From: Candidatus Bathyarchaeota archaeon
GTDB taxonomy: Archaea; Thermoproteota; Bathyarchaeia; Bathyarchaeales; Bathycorpusculaceae
Length of the DNA: 64,000 bases
Assembly: GCA_963767735.1 (NCBI GenBank)
Contig: CAVYES010000005.1
Coordinates: 416,001-480,000, forward strand
Direction of reading: 5' to 3'
The translations under genes and the position numbers were made by a program. Below, piece after piece: positions 61,301 through 64,000 of the stretch. The notes beneath the pieces are model-generated. The model searched no databases. It saw nothing but the letters and a program-made list of their open reading frames with translations, and was not told the DNA's origin. Positions within the stretch are counted from its first letter, which is position 1. Every line of letters starts with the position of its first letter.

Positions 61301-62102
61301 CGTATGCAACATAGCCAGCAGGGTTTATGGATTCGTCTTTTTCAGCTGCCGCAAGAATGGCTTGATATGGCAAAATAAAGCCGTCTTTAAAATCTGGCCT
61401 GATTGAATGTTGAATAGAGTGGTCCCAAATCAGGCATCGAAGGCCTTTGGTGCCATCGTTTTTGTATTCTTCCGAATTTCCCACATGCAAGACTCGACCA
61501 ACGCCTATCAAAACTCGTCTATTATCGTCAGAAAGAGGCGTTTGTTTAGCATAAAAAAAACAGAGAGATTTTTCTGGTTTGACGTAGCTAAAGAAGTAGT
61601 CAAGCAAAGGCTTTTGGTTTCTGTAATCCTGAACCCATGTTGTGTCAAACCCCAAATCAGGTTCCAAATCTTGGTTGCATTCAAGTTTAAATTCTTCAGA
61701 TAACTTCCATGCTGTTTTAGTGTTTACCCATCTGAACGGTATTGCTGGCGCAGAAAAAGGGGGATGTCGAAACTGTGTGGGAAGTATATGTTTATGTTGA
61801 GTGCTGGTTTTAGTATATGGGTGGCTAACTGTGCGGGTATATTCAAAAGGTGCCATAAAACATCCTCGTTCGCTCACGCAAGCAGGCCAATTATTTTCAT
61901 CTAATTCTTGCAGTGATTTTGCTGCATTAATTTGCTCTTTTGTTTCATCTTTTTTATCGCGAATTCTATCTAGAGCTAAGCAAGCAACGTTTTCTTTTGG
62001 TTTGTTACAAACGTTCCCGGCCCAACCTAAGTCATGCCAAGGAATACGAATCGAGATATGCTTGAGAATTTTGCCTTTTTCTGCTGTTGAACCAGATTTC
62101 AC
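58380..62102 (-). CDS. RecD-like SF1 helicase with C-terminal PD-(D/E)xK nuclease
   Basis: GPAGTGKT, VDEASM, GDPRQLPP, TVHKSQGSE, RSKSE..YPDF..WEHLG. Confidence 0.92.
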   Translation of the reverse strand: MKSGSTAEKGKILKHISIRIPWHDLGWAGNVCNKPKENVACLALDRIRDKKDETKEQINAAKSLQELDENNWPACVSERGCFMAPFEYTRTVSHPYTKTSTQHKHILPTQFRHPPFSAPAIPFRWVNTKTAWKLSEEFKLECNQDLEPDLGFDTTWVQDYRNQKPLLDYFFSYVKPEKSLCFFYAKQTPLSDDNRRVLIGVGRVLHVGNSEEYKNDGTKGLRCLIWDHSIQHSIRPDFKDGFILPYQAILAAAEKDESINPAGYVAYAPNDRHEEFSYATEHVTHDAAISALLSCANSLRKISEKVEGHFDGQFKWINDRLIELWTRRGPCPGLGAALSAFGVQQSYFVAEEIFSKIDENEDPWPLVNQVFCHPQLLSDEVSPQISLSLQLKWKNLPDQRKSLLKLLSRFELNSEQATRFYVKEDRNKSGIDCSDSDLLRNPYLLFELDRYSQSPISLATIDHGLFPDKIVRSKHPIPEPSLINDATDWRRVRALIVNTLENSALEGHTLLPQSQVINYIRDSDLDPICPIDEDLLAVLDDKFDPIVSLAKMKDGKRAYQLNRLSQMDSIIRKTVKKRIGGSRNSLAKGSLKVWSQMLNGELKEKGVQAADNQDEKHAREEKVAALKELGESRLSVLIGPAGTGKTKLVVSTLCHHPEINAGGILLLAPTGKARVKMQQATGLPAQTIAQFLRPSRRFDENTGIYKLSEAEPVEDYKTVVVDEASMLTEEMLAALFDSLTGVDRYVLVGDPRQLPPIGAGRPFVDIIALCTPQNIETTFPKVGSAYAELTVRRRQVGKRREDLELADWYSGRDLGPGGDEIFNDINGTNLLQHLSMSQWDTENEIFEKILEVLVKELNLVNSSDSIHFEVSLGGKQSGQYVYFNNGCSNWAEKWQILSPVKGNTYGVRDINRLVQKQFRSRTIDLAYDFRKKSIPKPLGPDRIVYGDKVINTFNHRRFSVWPKEDALQYVANGEIGTVVGKFRGKYDKWSGPLPVNVEFSSQPNFSYSFKGSDFGDEENPPLELAYAITVHKSQGSEFNICFLILPNHCKLLSRELLYTALTRQRDRLVILHQGNWSEFKKYSSETFSETARRYTNLFQDPDLVLVEDRFFEDSLIHRTRRGETVRSKSEVIIADNLDSEHIRYSYEKQFIGDDGLVRYPDFTIEDESGQLYLWEHLGMYYEENYRKKWKKKLEWYTSQGILPIEEGKGKRGILIVTKDTEKGGINSNEIKDLVNKTFNC

Positions 62103-62274
62103 GATTAAATCACCAGTGGTGCAAACTACTGATTTCTGAACAAGTGATATAATTGATTTTGCATATGAACCTAAAAGATTAAAACTAAAAATTTTGAATT
62201 CGTAATCTGCTAAAATTCAACTCTGATTTATTGAAATTCTAAATACTAGAAGAGACAACAACAGTCCGATTAAG

Positions 62275-64000
62275 ATGTCAGAAATTCCTCGCTTTGTTGA
62301 AGGACAAAACGTTTTGTACTTAGGAACAAACAAAGTTGGAACTGTAAACAAAGTAATCAAAGGCTCACGAAGCTATCAATACAAAATAACAATAGATGGA
62401 AAGGTACAAGTCGTCGGCGAACGGTTCCTAGAACCTGCAGTGGACACTGAAGAAAACATAATTGAAGATTTCACTGCTGGAAAACTCGGCAATCATGAGG
62501 AGTATAGACTATTTCAAACATGGCTACGCCTTTCAAGACCAATCGAAAGCAACCTATACAGTTACCTCGGAAGCAAAACAATTTTCAATCCACACCAATT
62601 CAAACCTCTCCTAAGATTCCTTTCACCTAACTCTGAAGAGAGGCTTTTCATCGCAGATGAAGTTGGAGTCGGGAAAACCATCGAAGCCGGCATAATTATA
62701 AAGGAAATGATGGCTCGTAACAGAATAGATTATAGGTCGCCCATCCTAATAGTTTGTCCTGTTTCTTTGGGACCAAAATGGGTTAAAGAAATGAAGGAAA
62801 GGTTTTCCTACCAATTTCACCTTCACGACGGAAACTCTTTAAAAAACATGTTAAAAACAACAATAAGAGAGGGAATTGTCCCTCAAGGATACACTTTCTC
62901 AATAGCTGGTTTGCAGCTCTTACGGCGAGAAGAATACATAACTTTGTTAAACGAACTTGATTCAAGAAGAAATACCCCCGTTTTTTCTCTAGTAATAATT
63001 GACGAAGCCCATCACCTTCGTAACTCGGAGACAGATAGTAATGAACTCGGCAACATTTTGAGTCGGATGACAGAAATGATGCTAATGCTTTCAGCGACTC
63101 CACTGAATCTAAAGAACGAAGACCTCTTCAACCAGATGCACATTTTAAACGAAGCGCAATTTCCTGACCCAACTACCTTTGAAACCATGCTTGTTCCAGT
63201 CGTGTCACTGAACCGAATTAGTCAATTAATAACAGAAAATGAGACAAATAAAGCTGAAAAAATACTTGAAGCGCTTGAACAGTTGAGGTTAGACCCTCTG
63301 GGGAAAACAATTCTTTCACACCCAAACGTTAAAGACTTTACGTGCCGACTGGAAAATCCAGCTCCTTTTTCAACAGAAGAAATAACTTACTTCCAGCGTA
63401 CTTTCACCTCCTTGAGCCCGTTATTTTACTCTTTTACTCGAACCAGAAAAAGAGAAGCACTCGATCACCAAATTATTAGAGAAGTTCACGAATTGCCAAT
63501 TACATTGACTCCACTGGAACAACAGTTCTCAGAAAATGCATTGAAGTTAATTGAACAGTATTACGCTTCTTTGGAAAATGAAGATCTTCCAATGGGTTTT
63601 ATCATGAACATTTACCAAAGAATGGTTAGCAGTTGCATTCCAGCATTGATACAATATCTGAAATGGATGGTTAGGGCCACGAAAATTCTCGATATAGAGC
63701 GGAAAAACCTTGAGGATTTTGAAGACGACACAGAAATCGAAACAACAGATATTAACATAGATTTTAGCCAAAAACTTTCAAATTTATTAGATGGAGCAAA
63801 GGAAATAGAAAGCGTCGACAGCAAGTATTCACAATTCAGGTTAATGATTCAAAAAGTTCTCGCAAATCCTGAAACTCCTCAAACGATGGTTTTTTCTTTC
63901 TTCGTTAGAACTCTCGAATACTTGAAGAAACGACTCATCGAGGACGGCTTCACAGTAGAAGTAATTCATGGCGAAGTTCCGATGCAGAGCCAAAACGGAG
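62275..64000 (+). CDS. SNF2-family helicase, 3'-truncated by the window (absent from ORF track)
   Basis: Open frame from ATG 62275: ADEVGVGKT, IIDEAHH, LSATP. Confidence 0.92.
   Translation, partial: MSEIPRFVEGQNVLYLGTNKVGTVNKVIKGSRSYQYKITIDGKVQVVGERFLEPAVDTEENIIEDFTAGKLGNHEEYRLFQTWLRLSRPIESNLYSYLGSKTIFNPHQFKPLLRFLSPNSEERLFIADEVGVGKTIEAGIIIKEMMARNRIDYRSPILIVCPVSLGPKWVKEMKERFSYQFHLHDGNSLKNMLKTTIREGIVPQGYTFSIAGLQLLRREEYITLLNELDSRRNTPVFSLVIIDEAHHLRNSETDSNELGNILSRMTEMMLMLSATPLNLKNEDLFNQMHILNEAQFPDPTTFETMLVPVVSLNRISQLITENETNKAEKILEALEQLRLDPLGKTILSHPNVKDFTCRLENPAPFSTEEITYFQRTFTSLSPLFYSFTRTRKREALDHQIIREVHELPITLTPLEQQFSENALKLIEQYYASLENEDLPMGFIMNIYQRMVSSCIPALIQYLKWMVRATKILDIERKNLEDFEDDTEIETTDINIDFSQKLSNLLDGAKEIESVDSKYSQFRLMIQKVLANPETPQTMVFSFFVRTLEYLKKRLIEDGFTVEVIHGEVPMQSQNG

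Larger units (their letters stand above)
49888..64000. mobile_element. tRNA-Gln-targeting integrative element / defence island (far end outside the window)
   Basis: Integrase abutting the tRNA, followed by small regulators, RM-type genes and helicases. Confidence 0.75.

Overview
Archaeal chromosome segment, most consistent with Bathyarchaeia/TACK (inferred from TFB, aIF1, archaeal LeuS, deoxyhypusine synthase and frequent TTG starts). 1-34.4 kb is mostly housekeeping and accessory metabolism: tatC 3' end, leuS, RNase HI, proteases, tRNA-Gln(UUG), tfb, an arsenic-resistance cluster, agmatine deiminase genes and the ahbABCD haem pathway. The highlight is an 8.47-kb element (34611-43079) with 285-bp terminal inverted repeats (no mismatch found by eye) and a 13-bp flanking direct repeat. 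It encodes a stand-alone Cas1 with catalytic motifs intact but no family B polymerase, cas2 or CRISPR array. Its core carries an MCM-like AAA+ ATPase, an Arg-rich protein, four tiny membrane proteins and hairpins, and its cargo genes are separated by repeated copies of a subterminal motif. It looks like a PolB-less casposon-like, possibly virus-like and cassette-collecting, element. A third, inverted copy of the 13-bp site at 46973 closes an adjacent 3.9-kb block of small genes plus an IS. From 49.8 kb a tyrosine-integrase element at tRNA-Gln(CUG) carries defence-type genes (N6-MTase, HNH-like nuclease, RecD-like helicase-nuclease, SNF2 helicase) and runs off the window. All alignments were done by eye; no database searches were run.
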